From: an uncultured Ruminococcus sp.
GTDB taxonomy: Bacteria > Bacillota > Clostridia > UBA1212
Reading direction: 5' to 3'
Assembly (NCBI GenBank): GCA_902792515.1
Contig: CADAZX010000020.1
Coordinates: 224-64,223 of the forward strand
Length of the DNA stretch: 64,000 nucleotides
The notes below the pieces were generated by a model, which was not told the origin of the DNA, did no database searches, and saw only the letters and a program-made list of their open reading frames with translations. Made by a program: the position numbers and the translations under genes. Below are positions 48,775 through 58,359 of the stretch, in pieces. How positions within the stretch are numbered: the first letter of the stretch is position 1; every line of letters begins with the position of its first letter.

Positions 48775-50760
48775 TTGAAGAATTTAACAAAAAGCCTGAC
48801 TTTTTACGTCGTGATGATAGTCGTCGTGGTGCTCATCGTGCTCGCGGTCCGCAGCTTTATTCCGCTGCCGGCCATGAACTACAATGAGTTCCTGAGCGAG
48901 CTCTCGAAAGGGAACGTCAAGACTGTCGTTCTGAAGGCGGAGAACGCCGAGGTGACGCTCAAGGCCGAGGTCGAGGTGACCAGGATCGAGAAAAACTCCG
49001 AGAAAAAAGTGAAGCTCAAGGCCGACACCAAGTACGGAGTCGACGTTCTGTCCGTTTCCGAATTCCAGCGGTTCATGACGGATTACATGACCGACGGAAC
49101 GCACGGGGACGTTATGTTCACAGAGAAAATGGAGCACATTCCCGGCTGGGTGAGCGTCGTTCCTTACGCGATTCTTATCGTCATCGTGCTCGTGTTCATT
49201 TTCATCTTCCTCGGCCAGAACAACGGCAGCAGCAAGGTCATGACGTTCTCGAGGAGCCGCGCGCGTCTCTACACGACGAGCAAGATCAAGTTCGACGACG
49301 TCGCCGGCGCGGATGAGGAAAAAGAGGAGATGGCGGAGATCGTCGACTTCCTCAAAAATCCGAAAAAATACTACAAAATGGGCGCCAGGACGCCCAAGGG
49401 CGTGCTGCTCGTCGGACCTCCCGGAACAGGTAAAACGTACCTCGCGAAGGCGGTCGCGGGCGAGGCGCACGTGCCTTTCTTCTCAATCAGCGGCTCAGAT
49501 TTTGTCGAAATGTACGTCGGCGTCGGCGCGGCGCGCGTTCGTGACCTTTTTGAACAGGCCAAAAAGAACTCGCCGTGCATCATTTTCATCGACGAGATCG
49601 ACGCTGTCGGACGTCACAGGGGCGCGGGCCTCGGCGGCGGACACGACGAAAGGGAGCAGACGCTCAACCAGATCCTTGTCGAAATGGACGGCTTTGAGCA
49701 GAATACCGGCATAGTGATCATCGCAGCCACGAACAGACCCGACATTCTCGACCCGGCGCTCACGAGACCCGGAAGATTCGACAGAAAGATCACCGTCAAC
49801 TACCCGGACATCGCGGCCAGGGAGAAGATACTCGGCGTTCACGCGCGCAACAAGACGTTCGCGGAGGACGTGAATTTCAACGACGTCGCGAAAAACACCG
49901 CCGGCTTCACTGCCGCCGACCTCGAGAACCTGCTCAACGAAGCGGCCCTCATCGCCGCCAGAAGAGACTCGGAGGTCATCCGCAACGAGCACATCAAAGA
50001 GGCGATATTCCGCGTCATCGTCGGCCCCGAGAAGCGCAGCCACGTTATGAGCGACCGCGAAAAGAAGATCACGGCGTACCACGAGGCGGGCCACGCGCTT
50101 GCGGTCAGGCTCTATTCGACGACCGACAAGGTCGACAGGATATCGATAATTCCGGCGGGAAGCGCGGGCGGCTACACGGCTCACAGACCCGAAGAGGACT
50201 ACTCCTACATGACGCGGCAGCAGCTGTTTGAGCAGATCGTCGTGGCGCTGGCAGGAAAAGCGGCGGAAATGATCGTTTTCGGCGACATGACGACAGGCGC
50301 GTCGTCCGACCTGAGGAGCGCGAACTCGATCGCGATGAACATGGTCGCGAAGTACGGTATGAGCGACGCGGTCGGCAACATGATCATGAACACCGGCAGC
50401 GACGAAGTTTTCCTCGGAAGGGACTACGGCCACACAAGGGCGGTCAGCGAAGAGCTCTCGTCTCTCGTTGACAGGGAAGTCAAAAAGCTTATCGACAGCG
50501 CGTACGATAAGGTCACGGAGCTTTTGACCGGCAGCCGCGACAAGCTCGAGCTTGTGGCGACGAAGCTGCTCGAAAAGGAGCGCCTCGAGGCAGACGAGTT
50601 CGAACGGCTGTTCACGACAGGCACGCTTGATGCGGAAGAGACCGCGCCAACGGAGACATCGACGGCAACGGATACAACCGTTCCGGCGGACGCATCGGCG
50701 GCAACGGATACAAAGGCGGCAACGGAATCAACGGACGCAACGGCGGAAGAAAACTCCTGA
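48775..50760 (+). CDS. ftsH: ATP-dependent zinc metalloprotease
   Basis: TTG start; two TMs; [35 protein letters not shown]; Thr/Ala-rich repetitive tail. Confidence 0.97.
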   Translation: MKNLTKSLTFYVVMIVVVVLIVLAVRSFIPLPAMNYNEFLSELSKGNVKTVVLKAENAEVTLKAEVEVTRIEKNSEKKVKLKADTKYGVDVLSVSEFQRFMTDYMTDGTHGDVMFTEKMEHIPGWVSVVPYAILIVIVLVFIFIFLGQNNGSSKVMTFSRSRARLYTTSKIKFDDVAGADEEKEEMAEIVDFLKNPKKYYKMGARTPKGVLLVGPPGTGKTYLAKAVAGEAHVPFFSISGSDFVEMYVGVGAARVRDLFEQAKKNSPCIIFIDEIDAVGRHRGAGLGGGHDEREQTLNQILVEMDGFEQNTGIVIIAATNRPDILDPALTRPGRFDRKITVNYPDIAAREKILGVHARNKTFAEDVNFNDVAKNTAGFTAADLENLLNEAALIAARRDSEVIRNEHIKEAIFRVIVGPEKRSHVMSDREKKITAYHEAGHALAVRLYSTTDKVDRISIIPAGSAGGYTAHRPEEDYSYMTRQQLFEQIVVALAGKAAEMIVFGDMTTGASSDLRSANSIAMNMVAKYGMSDAVGNMIMNTGSDEVFLGRDYGHTRAVSEELSSLVDREVKKLIDSAYDKVTELLTGSRDKLELVATKLLEKERLEADEFERLFTTGTLDAEETAPTETSTATDTTVPADASAATDTKAATESTDATAEENS

Positions 50761-50915
50761 CCGGATCCGGACAATCAGGGACCTTCGTTTCGGGATTTCC
50801 GCGACGCGCGCGGTGAAAGATAACGCGGCGCGGCGGATACGCGAAAGCGGGGGTCCCTTGTTTTGACGGAATTAATAAGCGGATTATCAAAAGCGGATTT
50901 AAGACAGGGAGCAAA

Positions 50916-53162
50916 ATGGAGAGAATCAAGGGAACTGTTTCGGGTGTAATATACGAAAACGACGAGACAGGATACAGAGTGTGCGACGTCGAGGGCGAAA
51001 ACGGCGAGTATTTTACCGTGACAGGCCAGATGCCGCCGCTCTACACGGGCGAGATAATCGAGGCGGAGGGAACGTGGAGCGAGCATCCAAGCTACGGTCC
51101 GCAGTTCAAGGCCGTCTCCATCGTGCTGTCGCTGCCCTCCGACACGGAGGGTATTCGCGCGTTTCTCGCGTCAGGTCTCATTCCCGGAATCGGTCCCGCT
51201 CTCGCGTCGAAAATAGTCAAAAAGTTCGGCCCGGCCACGTTTCAGACTGTCGAACTCTTTCCGGAGAGGCTCGCGGACGTCTCCGGGATCACGCCGAAAA
51301 AAGCCCGGGCGATTCAGGAGGCTTTCGAAAAGCACCGCGAGAGCAGCGACACCGTTATGTTTTTCTCGAAATTCGGCGTCGGCACCCGGCTCGCGATGGA
51401 GATGTACAGACGGTACGGCGAGTCGGCGGTCGAGCACGTTTCGAACGACCCGTACTTTGCGGTCGGAACTGTCCGCGGGTTCGCATTCGCGACGGCTGAG
51501 AGGATAGCCAACGAACTGGGCTTTGCGCAGGACTGCCCGGAGAGGCTGAGAGCGTACGTGATTCACATGCTGAGTCTCGCCTCACAGGAGGGGCACGTAT
51601 TCATGCCCGCGGACGCGCTTTTTGCCGAAATAAAGAGAAAAACGGGCATCGAGCGGGACGAGTTTGACGAGGAGCTCAAGGTGCTTGCGGGAAAGAAAAA
51701 AATCAATCTCGAGGAGCTCACGGACAGCGAAGGGAACACTGTAACGGCAGTTTGGCTCTGCTACCTTTACGAGGCGGAGCGCGGGATCGAGAAGAAGCTC
51801 AGGGAGCTCGCCGGCTGGCATCATGAGGCCGACGCGTCGCGCATCGCGAAGCGGATCAAACGGTTCGAGAAGGAAAACGGTATCGACCTCGACGAAAAGC
51901 AGAAAAAAGCCGTCGCGGCCGCCGCCGAAAACGGTGTCAGCGTGATCACCGGCGGCCCCGGTACCGGCAAGACTACGATAATAAAGGCGATTCTGTACGT
52001 CCTCAGCGACATGGGCGTGAAGACTTTTCTCGCGGCCCCGACAGGAAGGGCGGCCAAACGGATGTCAAACGCCTGCGGCGAAGAGGCGAAGACGATCCAC
52101 CGCCTTCTGGAGCCGGACTTTTCGAGCCTGAATCTCGAGCCCGGCGAAGAGGTCGGCGACGAGGATATGAAATTCAGGCACAACGCGGCGAACCCGCTCG
52201 AAACGGACTGCGTGATCCTGGACGAGATGTCGATGGTCGACACGGTTCTGATGTTCAGGCTGCTTGAGGCGGTCAGAACGGGAAGCAGGCTCGTGCTTGT
52301 AGGCGACAACGACCAGCTGCCGTCGGTCGGGCCGGGCAGGGTGCTTCGCGACATTATCGCATCGGACGCGTTCGAGACGACAAGACTCGAGTACATCTAC
52401 AGGCGCGACAGCGACAGCTACATTTCATACAACGCGCACCTCGTGAACACCGGAAAAATGCCGGAAATGAACGTGCGCGGAGGCGACTTTTTCCGCATAA
52501 ACCCGGGAAGCCAGCGAGACTGCCTTGAGACGGCGGCGTCGCTTGTCAAAACGCGTCTTCCGCAGGCGTATGGTCTCGACCCTTTCACCGATATTCAGGT
52601 GATCACGCCTAACAAGCGCGGCATGTGCGGCAGCGAGGCGCTCAACCAGATACTTCAGGAGACGCTCAACCCGCCGCGTCGCGGATGCGAGGAGATCCAG
52701 GTCAGGGATACCGTTTTCCGGACAGGCGACCGCGTTATGCAGACGAAAAACAACTACGAACTCGAGTGGGAGGACTACGACGACGCCACCGTTTACGGCG
52801 CCGGCGTTTTCAACGGCGAGATGGGACGCATCCAGCGGATCGACAGGCAGGAGAAAACGCTCTACGTCCTTTTCGACGACAACAGGTACGTCGCGTACGA
52901 TTTCCAGGAAATGACCGAGCTTGAGCTCTGCTACGCGATAACCGTGCACAAGAGCCAGGGCAGCGAGTTCGACTACTGCATCATATCGATCTGCGGCGTC
53001 ACGCCGACGCTCATGACGAGGAATCTGCTCTACACCGCGATCACGCGCGCGAAAAAAATGGTCGTCATTCTCGGCACGACCGGGGACCTGGCGGAGATGA
53101 TCGGAAACGACCGCGAGATCAGAAGGTATACTTCCCTTTTTAAAAACGGGAGATTTGAGTAA
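50916..53162 (+). CDS. recD2: RecD2 (RecD/TraA-family) helicase
   Basis: HhH GIGP, ITGGPGTGKT, APTGRAA, TIHRLL, DEMSM, GDNDQLPSVG, GDRVMQTKN, YAITVHKSQGSE, LYTAITRA. Confidence 0.95.
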   Translation: MERIKGTVSGVIYENDETGYRVCDVEGENGEYFTVTGQMPPLYTGEIIEAEGTWSEHPSYGPQFKAVSIVLSLPSDTEGIRAFLASGLIPGIGPALASKIVKKFGPATFQTVELFPERLADVSGITPKKARAIQEAFEKHRESSDTVMFFSKFGVGTRLAMEMYRRYGESAVEHVSNDPYFAVGTVRGFAFATAERIANELGFAQDCPERLRAYVIHMLSLASQEGHVFMPADALFAEIKRKTGIERDEFDEELKVLAGKKKINLEELTDSEGNTVTAVWLCYLYEAERGIEKKLRELAGWHHEADASRIAKRIKRFEKENGIDLDEKQKKAVAAAAENGVSVITGGPGTGKTTIIKAILYVLSDMGVKTFLAAPTGRAAKRMSNACGEEAKTIHRLLEPDFSSLNLEPGEEVGDEDMKFRHNAANPLETDCVILDEMSMVDTVLMFRLLEAVRTGSRLVLVGDNDQLPSVGPGRVLRDIIASDAFETTRLEYIYRRDSDSYISYNAHLVNTGKMPEMNVRGGDFFRINPGSQRDCLETAASLVKTRLPQAYGLDPFTDIQVITPNKRGMCGSEALNQILQETLNPPRRGCEEIQVRDTVFRTGDRVMQTKNNYELEWEDYDDATVYGAGVFNGEMGRIQRIDRQEKTLYVLFDDNRYVAYDFQEMTELELCYAITVHKSQGSEFDYCIISICGVTPTLMTRNLLYTAITRAKKMVVILGTTGDLAEMIGNDREIRRYTSLFKNGRFE

Positions 53163-53202
53163 CTGAAAAAAACTCGGAGCCGGTTCCGGAGGGACTGCGA
53201 AA

Positions 53203-54111
53203 ATGATTTTCTACCAGACTGCACTGTATTTTGAGGCCGTACCGGCAATTGAACGGTACGGGCTTTCGTGCGTGTACAGAAAAGGCGGACTGAGCGTTTT
53301 CGCGGAGAAAAAGACAGTGGCAGGCGGTCCGGAGGACATGCGGGGAGCGGCGGCGGTCGCGGTCACCGGGACGGGTTCTTATTCCGCCGCCGCGGGCGTT
53401 TCGTTTGCGCTGGGAATGCTCCGCGCGGGCGAGGGCGATATTTTCGTGAATTACGGGGCAGCCGGAGCGTCGCGCGAATCGGGCCTAAAAGTAGGGGAAA
53501 CTGTGCGGTGCATAAAAGTTGTGCGCGAGGGCGAGCGGACGCTCTATCCCGACGTGCTTCTCGGCTCGGGGTTTGCGAACGCCGCCGCTTTTTGCGTGAA
53601 CGGAGCGGCGGCGGAACCCGTTAAACGAGACGGTGAACTGCCGGTTGTTTTTGACAACGAGTCGTACGGGGCGCTTTTCGCCGCGATGAAAGTGCTGGGC
53701 CCGGAGGCGTGCTTTTCGCTTAAAACTGTCACTGATTTCGCGGAGGACACCGCTATAAAGGGCGGGAGAGTAGATCCGGGAGTTGCCGCGGAGATTATAA
53801 AGGCTTCGGCGGGAGACGTTTTTGACGCGGCCGGAAAATGGGCGGAAGAGATCTCTGCCGCTTCGCTTAAGAGCAGGGATTCGTTCAGGTTCGGTGCGGA
53901 GGTTTCGCGGGCGATAGACGAGCTTTCCGCAGTTCTCAAACTGACGTTCGCGAACCGCGAGATATTAAAAAATACCGTCCGGCGCGACGTGCTGCTCGGA
54001 AGGGACGACGCGGATCTTTTGACGTCGCTCATTCCTGCTCCGGACGCGGTGCCGGCGGGCAGGCACGGGCGCGAAAAACTTTTCGCCGAAATTCTCGGAA
54101 AGCTGGGGTGA
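53203..54111 (+). CDS. Nucleoside phosphorylase/MTA-SAH nucleosidase-fold protein (PNP_UDP_1-like), divergent
   Basis: TAL..EA, TGTG...AA, VNYGAAG, VFDNES (DME variant), LKTVTD, plus a C-terminal helical extension. Confidence 0.65.
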   Translation: MIFYQTALYFEAVPAIERYGLSCVYRKGGLSVFAEKKTVAGGPEDMRGAAAVAVTGTGSYSAAAGVSFALGMLRAGEGDIFVNYGAAGASRESGLKVGETVRCIKVVREGERTLYPDVLLGSGFANAAAFCVNGAAAEPVKRDGELPVVFDNESYGALFAAMKVLGPEACFSLKTVTDFAEDTAIKGGRVDPGVAAEIIKASAGDVFDAAGKWAEEISAASLKSRDSFRFGAEVSRAIDELSAVLKLTFANREILKNTVRRDVLLGRDDADLLTSLIPAPDAVPAGRHGREKLFAEILGKLG

Positions 54112-54117
54112 GGGCGT

Positions 54118-55134
54118 TTGATCGACATTATTTACGTTGAGCGCGACGCGCTCGGATACCCGATGACGGAGAGGGCGTTCAAGGCGCTTCCCAAGGCGGA
54201 GCACGTGATCATCGACTCGTGGGAGGACGTTTTCTACCGCAAAAACCAGAATTTCCGACTGCAAAAAAACTCGCAGAAGCTCATTCTGGCCGTAAACAGG
54301 TCGGACTTCCTTAGGAAGGGCTCGAAAAACTGCCAGAGCTTCGGCGCGGACAGCTTTTACTACTGCTCCGCCGTCAAAAACTGCATCTGCGGCTGCGAGT
54401 ACTGCTACCTGCAGGGGATGTTCGGCAGCGCGAACCTGCTCGCGTTCGTGAACACCGGAGACTGTTTTGAGGAGCTGCGGCACCTTTTGAAGGCGGAAAA
54501 TATCGGAAAAGAGCGGAAAATGCTGCTGCCGGTGACTTACGACAACGACCTCTACACGCTCGAAAAGGTTTTCGGACTTGTGGAAAGCTGGGCGGATTTT
54601 CTGGCCGCGGAAAAGCCCGAGGGGCTGACGGTCGAAATCAGGACAAAGTGCGGCACGAAGTCGTTTGCGGAGGCAGCGAAAAGAGCGGCGGAATACATGG
54701 TTTTTACGTGGTCGGTGGCGCCGGAGGAGAATATAAAACGCTTCGAGCCGAGAACGTCGCCCTTAAAATCGCGGATCGACGCGGCTCTTCACTGCGCAGG
54801 CGAGGGGCTGAGAGTGAGGCTGGCCTTCGACCCGCTGCTCGCGGTAGGCGGCGACTGGCGGAAAGGCTACGCGGACCTATTAACGCTTTTAGCGGAAACG
54901 GGCCTCGCGTCAAAGGTCGAAGCGGCCGGCATAGGCGGCTTCCGGATCCCTTCCGACTACCTTAAAATAATGCGCAAAAATGCGCCGGAATCGCCTCTCG
55001 CGTTCGACAGATATGAATCAAAGGGCGGCACCAGCGCGTACCCTCAGGAGAAGCAGGCGGCGCTCTGCAAATTCATACTGCAAAAGCTTGCGGAATCAGG
55101 CGTTCCGCGTGAAAAAATATACGTTTACAGCTGA
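54118..55134 (+). CDS. Spore-photoproduct-lyase-like radical SAM protein
   Basis: TTG start; IYVERDALGYP N-terminus like SplB; NCICGCEYCYLQ (CxxxCxxC); EIRTK, WSVAPE, RIDA, FDP. Confidence 0.82.
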   Translation: MIDIIYVERDALGYPMTERAFKALPKAEHVIIDSWEDVFYRKNQNFRLQKNSQKLILAVNRSDFLRKGSKNCQSFGADSFYYCSAVKNCICGCEYCYLQGMFGSANLLAFVNTGDCFEELRHLLKAENIGKERKMLLPVTYDNDLYTLEKVFGLVESWADFLAAEKPEGLTVEIRTKCGTKSFAEAAKRAAEYMVFTWSVAPEENIKRFEPRTSPLKSRIDAALHCAGEGLRVRLAFDPLLAVGGDWRKGYADLLTLLAETGLASKVEAAGIGGFRIPSDYLKIMRKNAPESPLAFDRYESKGGTSAYPQEKQAALCKFILQKLAESGVPREKIYVYS

Positions 55135-55174
55135 TAATTTCAATTTCCAGGCAGAGAAGAAAAGGCGGTTTCAG

Positions 55175-55882
55175 ATGAAAAATTGTATTGTGACAGGCGC
55201 CACGTCCGGAATCGGCAAGGCGATTGCGGCAAGGCTGCTAAAAGAAGGATATACGGTTTACGGCCTCGGACGCGACTTTTCCGGCACCGCGGAGCTCGAA
55301 GGGGCAGGCGGTGTTTTCTACGGAATCACCTGCGACCTGAGGGACGCGGACGCGCTCGCGGTAACCGCAGATTTCCTCCAAAAGAAGGCAAAAACTATCG
55401 ACGTGCTCGTAAACTCCGCCGGCGTCGCCTTCTACGGTCCCGCCGAGACGCTCGCCCCCGTGAACATTTCCGAAATGGTCGACGTCAACGTCAAGGCGCC
55501 GCTCATTTTGACGTCGGTCCTGCTCCCCAAACTCAAGGAGGCCGCGGGAATTGTGATCAACGTCTCGTCCGTCACCGCCAGGCGCGATTCAAACACACAC
55601 GGCGCCGCTTACGGAGCTACCAAGGCGGCACTCACGTCGTTCGGCACAAGCCTTTTCGAGGAGGTGCGCAAACACGGCGTGCGTGTCGTTAACCTCCACC
55701 CGGACCTCACTGCCACGAACCTCTACCGAAGCGCCGGCTTCACCGTCACCGGCGAACCCGACAGCACGCTCACTCCCGAAGACGTTGCCGACGCCGCGAT
55801 GTTTGCGATTGGCTCCCGCGAGGGAATGTGCGTCACGGACATAACGGTGAGGCCGCAGAGGAACAGGATCGTAAAGAAATAG
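55175..55882 (+). CDS. Short-chain dehydrogenase/reductase
   Basis: VTGATSGIG, VNSAG, NVSS, YGATK, HPDLT. Confidence 0.92.
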   Translation: MKNCIVTGATSGIGKAIAARLLKEGYTVYGLGRDFSGTAELEGAGGVFYGITCDLRDADALAVTADFLQKKAKTIDVLVNSAGVAFYGPAETLAPVNISEMVDVNVKAPLILTSVLLPKLKEAAGIVINVSSVTARRDSNTHGAAYGATKAALTSFGTSLFEEVRKHGVRVVNLHPDLTATNLYRSAGFTVTGEPDSTLTPEDVADAAMFAIGSREGMCVTDITVRPQRNRIVKK

Positions 55883-55906
55883 TCTTAGATTTATAAGGAA
55901 AAACGA

Positions 55907-55942
55907 CGAAAAGCCCGGACACTTAAGCGTCCGGGCTTTTCG
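55907..55942. terminator. Bidirectional terminator
   Basis: cgaaaagcccggac/gtccgggcttttcg perfect inverted repeat between convergent genes. Confidence 0.85.
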
Positions 55943-55959
55943 CCTAAATTAAGGTAAAT

Positions 55960-56661
55960 TCACGTCCTCGAGAACAGCAGCTTCACGTACTCGTCCATAA
56001 TCAGCAACTCGTCGTCCGGGAAGAGCGCCTCGGCGCAGGCGACCGCGGACGGGTTCTTTTTCATAACTGCGTGGCAGCGCACAGGAAGACCGAGCGCGTT
56101 TGCTACCAAAGCCGTTTTGGCGCTCCCGTAGGCAATCGTTTTCGGGTCGGTGTAGTCGAGCAGATTGCTGTTGTCGAGAATCTCGTCGATTCCGGTCAGC
56201 GTCGCGTTTTCGATTTCGCGGAACACCTTGAGCGCAAGCTCGGGCTCCGCTGTGAACGGCCGGAACGGGTTCATGACAAAATAGACCGTGTGAGGGCGGT
56301 TTTTGATGATCTCGGCGTAGTAGCCGCACGCGCGCGCGCCAAGGTCGTCGCCTCCGATGTCCAGAATTACGTACGAGGACCGGTCCTCGATAATGGACGC
56401 CATTCTTCCGGTGAGGGCGGGCGCGTCGACGTTCGTGTTGGCGTAGAGCATCGTCTCGACAGTGATTCCGTGTGATTCGAGAACCTCGCGGGCGTCGGCG
56501 CTCCGAAAGAACGGGTTGATGATGTCCATGTCGATGAGAGCCACCTTCGCGTCCGGTTTGTTCCTTTTAAGGTCGAGCGCGAAGTTGACCGCGACCTCGG
56601 TCTTGCCACTGCCGAAGTGCCCCGTGAATATGTAAAGATGCGGTTCATTTTTGTAGAGCAT
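55960..56661 (-). CDS. P-loop NTPase (CobQ/MinD/ParA-like nucleotide-binding protein)
   Basis: TGHFGSGKTEVAVN, DMDIINPFFRS, DIGGD..GAR, NPFRP. Confidence 0.8.
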   Translation of the reverse strand: MLYKNEPHLYIFTGHFGSGKTEVAVNFALDLKRNKPDAKVALIDMDIINPFFRSADAREVLESHGITVETMLYANTNVDAPALTGRMASIIEDRSSYVILDIGGDDLGARACGYYAEIIKNRPHTVYFVMNPFRPFTAEPELALKVFREIENATLTGIDEILDNSNLLDYTDPKTIAYGSAKTALVANALGLPVRCHAVMKKNPSAVACAEALFPDDELLIMDEYVKLLFSRT

Positions 56662-56694
56662 ATAAAACTCCGGAATTGTTGTATGTCAGAATTT

Positions 56695-57654
56695 TCAGGG
56701 AAGGGGGTTCTTCGCGAGAACGGCCGCGCACCAGCCCTTGTCGGTGAGAAGCTCGCGGAAAACAAGCCCGAGCCTCGCGCACTCTTTTTCAACGTCGGGA
56801 AGTCTGGTGTCGATAATTCCCGAAACGATTATGACGCCGCCGTCCTCGAGCAGGCGCTCGGTGTCGGGAAGCAGCCGGATTATGATGTCGGCGACGATGT
56901 TGGCCGTTATCACCGAAAACCTGCCGCGCACCCTTGCCGCGAGGTCGCCGTGAATCAGCTCGAAGTCCTTTTCGACACCGTTGAGCGCCGCGTTTTCGCC
57001 CGCGATTTTGACGGAGAGCGCGTCGATGTCGACGCCTGTGGCCGTTTTTGCTCCGAGCAGAAGGCCGGCAATTCCGAGGATTCCGCTGCCGGTGCCCACG
57101 TCAAGAAGCGACGTCCCGTCCGTTACGTACTTTTCGAGGAGCGTCAGGCAGAGGCGCGTGGTCTCGTGCTGCCCGGACCCGAACGCCATTCCGGGGTCGA
57201 TAACGATCTCCTTCCTTCCGTCCTTCAGGGCCTTTTTCCCCTCCGCGGACTTCCTGTCGTTTTCGAGCTCCCACGAGGGGATGAGCCGCAGTTTTTCGCC
57301 TATATTTAGGGGCTTAAAGAACTTCTTCCAGTTGTTCGCCCAGTCCTCCTCGCTGACGCTTCCGGCCTCAAGTGTGTACTTGATGTTCGCCTCCGCGAGC
57401 TTCTCTTCGAGAAACGTCCTGAACTCGCGCGGGTTCTCCTCGGGGCTCACGTAAACGTGAATTTTCGCCGTCGAACGGTCCTTCGCGAGCAGCTCGTCGT
57501 CAATGATCTCGACCGGCCCGAATAGCTTGAGGTCGTCCTCGAGCGTCGAGTAGTCCTCAATGTAAAGACCGCGGGAAACGATCATCCCCGCGATTGCCTC
57601 CGCGGCGTCAAGCTCCGCGACGTCAACTTTAATTACGAGATCTGTCCAATCCAT
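56695..57654 (-). CDS. prmA: Ribosomal protein L11 methyltransferase
   Basis: EEDWANNWK, DPGMAFGSGQHETT, LDVGTGSGIL, ANIVAD, SGII. Confidence 0.95.
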   Translation of the reverse strand: MDWTDLVIKVDVAELDAAEAIAGMIVSRGLYIEDYSTLEDDLKLFGPVEIIDDELLAKDRSTAKIHVYVSPEENPREFRTFLEEKLAEANIKYTLEAGSVSEEDWANNWKKFFKPLNIGEKLRLIPSWELENDRKSAEGKKALKDGRKEIVIDPGMAFGSGQHETTRLCLTLLEKYVTDGTSLLDVGTGSGILGIAGLLLGAKTATGVDIDALSVKIAGENAALNGVEKDFELIHGDLAARVRGRFSVITANIVADIIIRLLPDTERLLEDGGVIIVSGIIDTRLPDVEKECARLGLVFRELLTDKGWCAAVLAKNPLP

Positions 57655-57685
57655 GTTGCGACTAAATCCTTTCTTATTTTTTCTA

Positions 57686-58353
57686 AAAAGCTTGCCTGCG
57701 GCAACTATCGTCTTTCAAGCTGGTGAAGAGCATGCAAAGTAATTCGACGACTGATTGTCGTCAGACACATTATTTTCTAATTTTCCCGTCGAATTGCGGG
57801 AAGAGCCAAAAATCGGCTTTCTTGTGGAAACGCTAAGTTTCGAGCGATTTTTGCGTGTCCGACTTTTAGCAATGCGCCGAAGGCACATTTTTCTCACGAC
57901 GCCGCAGCTTTATGTTGGCGGCATGAACGATTCTGGGCTTTGCCCAGTCAAGTGAGGGACGCAACATAAAGTGCGGCTCTGAAGCTGTACGAAGGTACTG
58001 CGATGGTCCGGCCGCGCAAAGCAATTCGCTCAGCAATTGCCGGAGGCACCTTATCTCGACACGCCGCAGGCACCATATCAAGATACGCCGCAGCTTTGCA
58101 TTGGCGATATGAGCGATTCTGTGCGCCGCACAGTCAAGCGAGAATCGCAATGCAAAGTGCGGCCGTAAAGAACCGCAAATCGTCGTTCTAGGTGGAGTGC
58201 CTAGTTTTGAGCTATTCTTTCGCGTACGGATCCGAAGGTGTACGAAGGTACTCCGAGAGGTCCGTCCGCGAAAAGCAATTCGACGACTGATTGTCGTCAG
58301 ACACATTATTTTCTAATTTCCCCGTCGAATTGCGGGAAGAGCCAAAAATCGGC
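57686..58353. repeat. Non-coding mosaic of duplicated palindromic modules (A-D-B-C-B-D-C-A), BIME/REP-like or structured RNA
   Basis: A: 57741-57817 vs 58277-58353 (77 bp, 1 mismatch). B: 57901-57977 vs 58087-58163 (77 bp, compensatory changes). C: 57981-58028 vs 58234-58282. D: about 57809-57864 vs 58177-58231 (diverged). Confidence 0.8.
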
Positions 58354-58359
58354 ACTCCA

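Noticed and set aside
50777-50858. SRP (4.5S) or 6S RNA
   Set aside because: Lacks the SRP domain IV motif (CAGG..GGAA..AGCAG) and is too short for 6S.
57741-58353. Possible CRISPR array or IS element
   Set aside because: Repeats are about 48-77 bp, present twice each, with no unique regular spacers, cas genes or transposase. The small ORFs here are repeat-derived. Kept as a palindromic mosaic.
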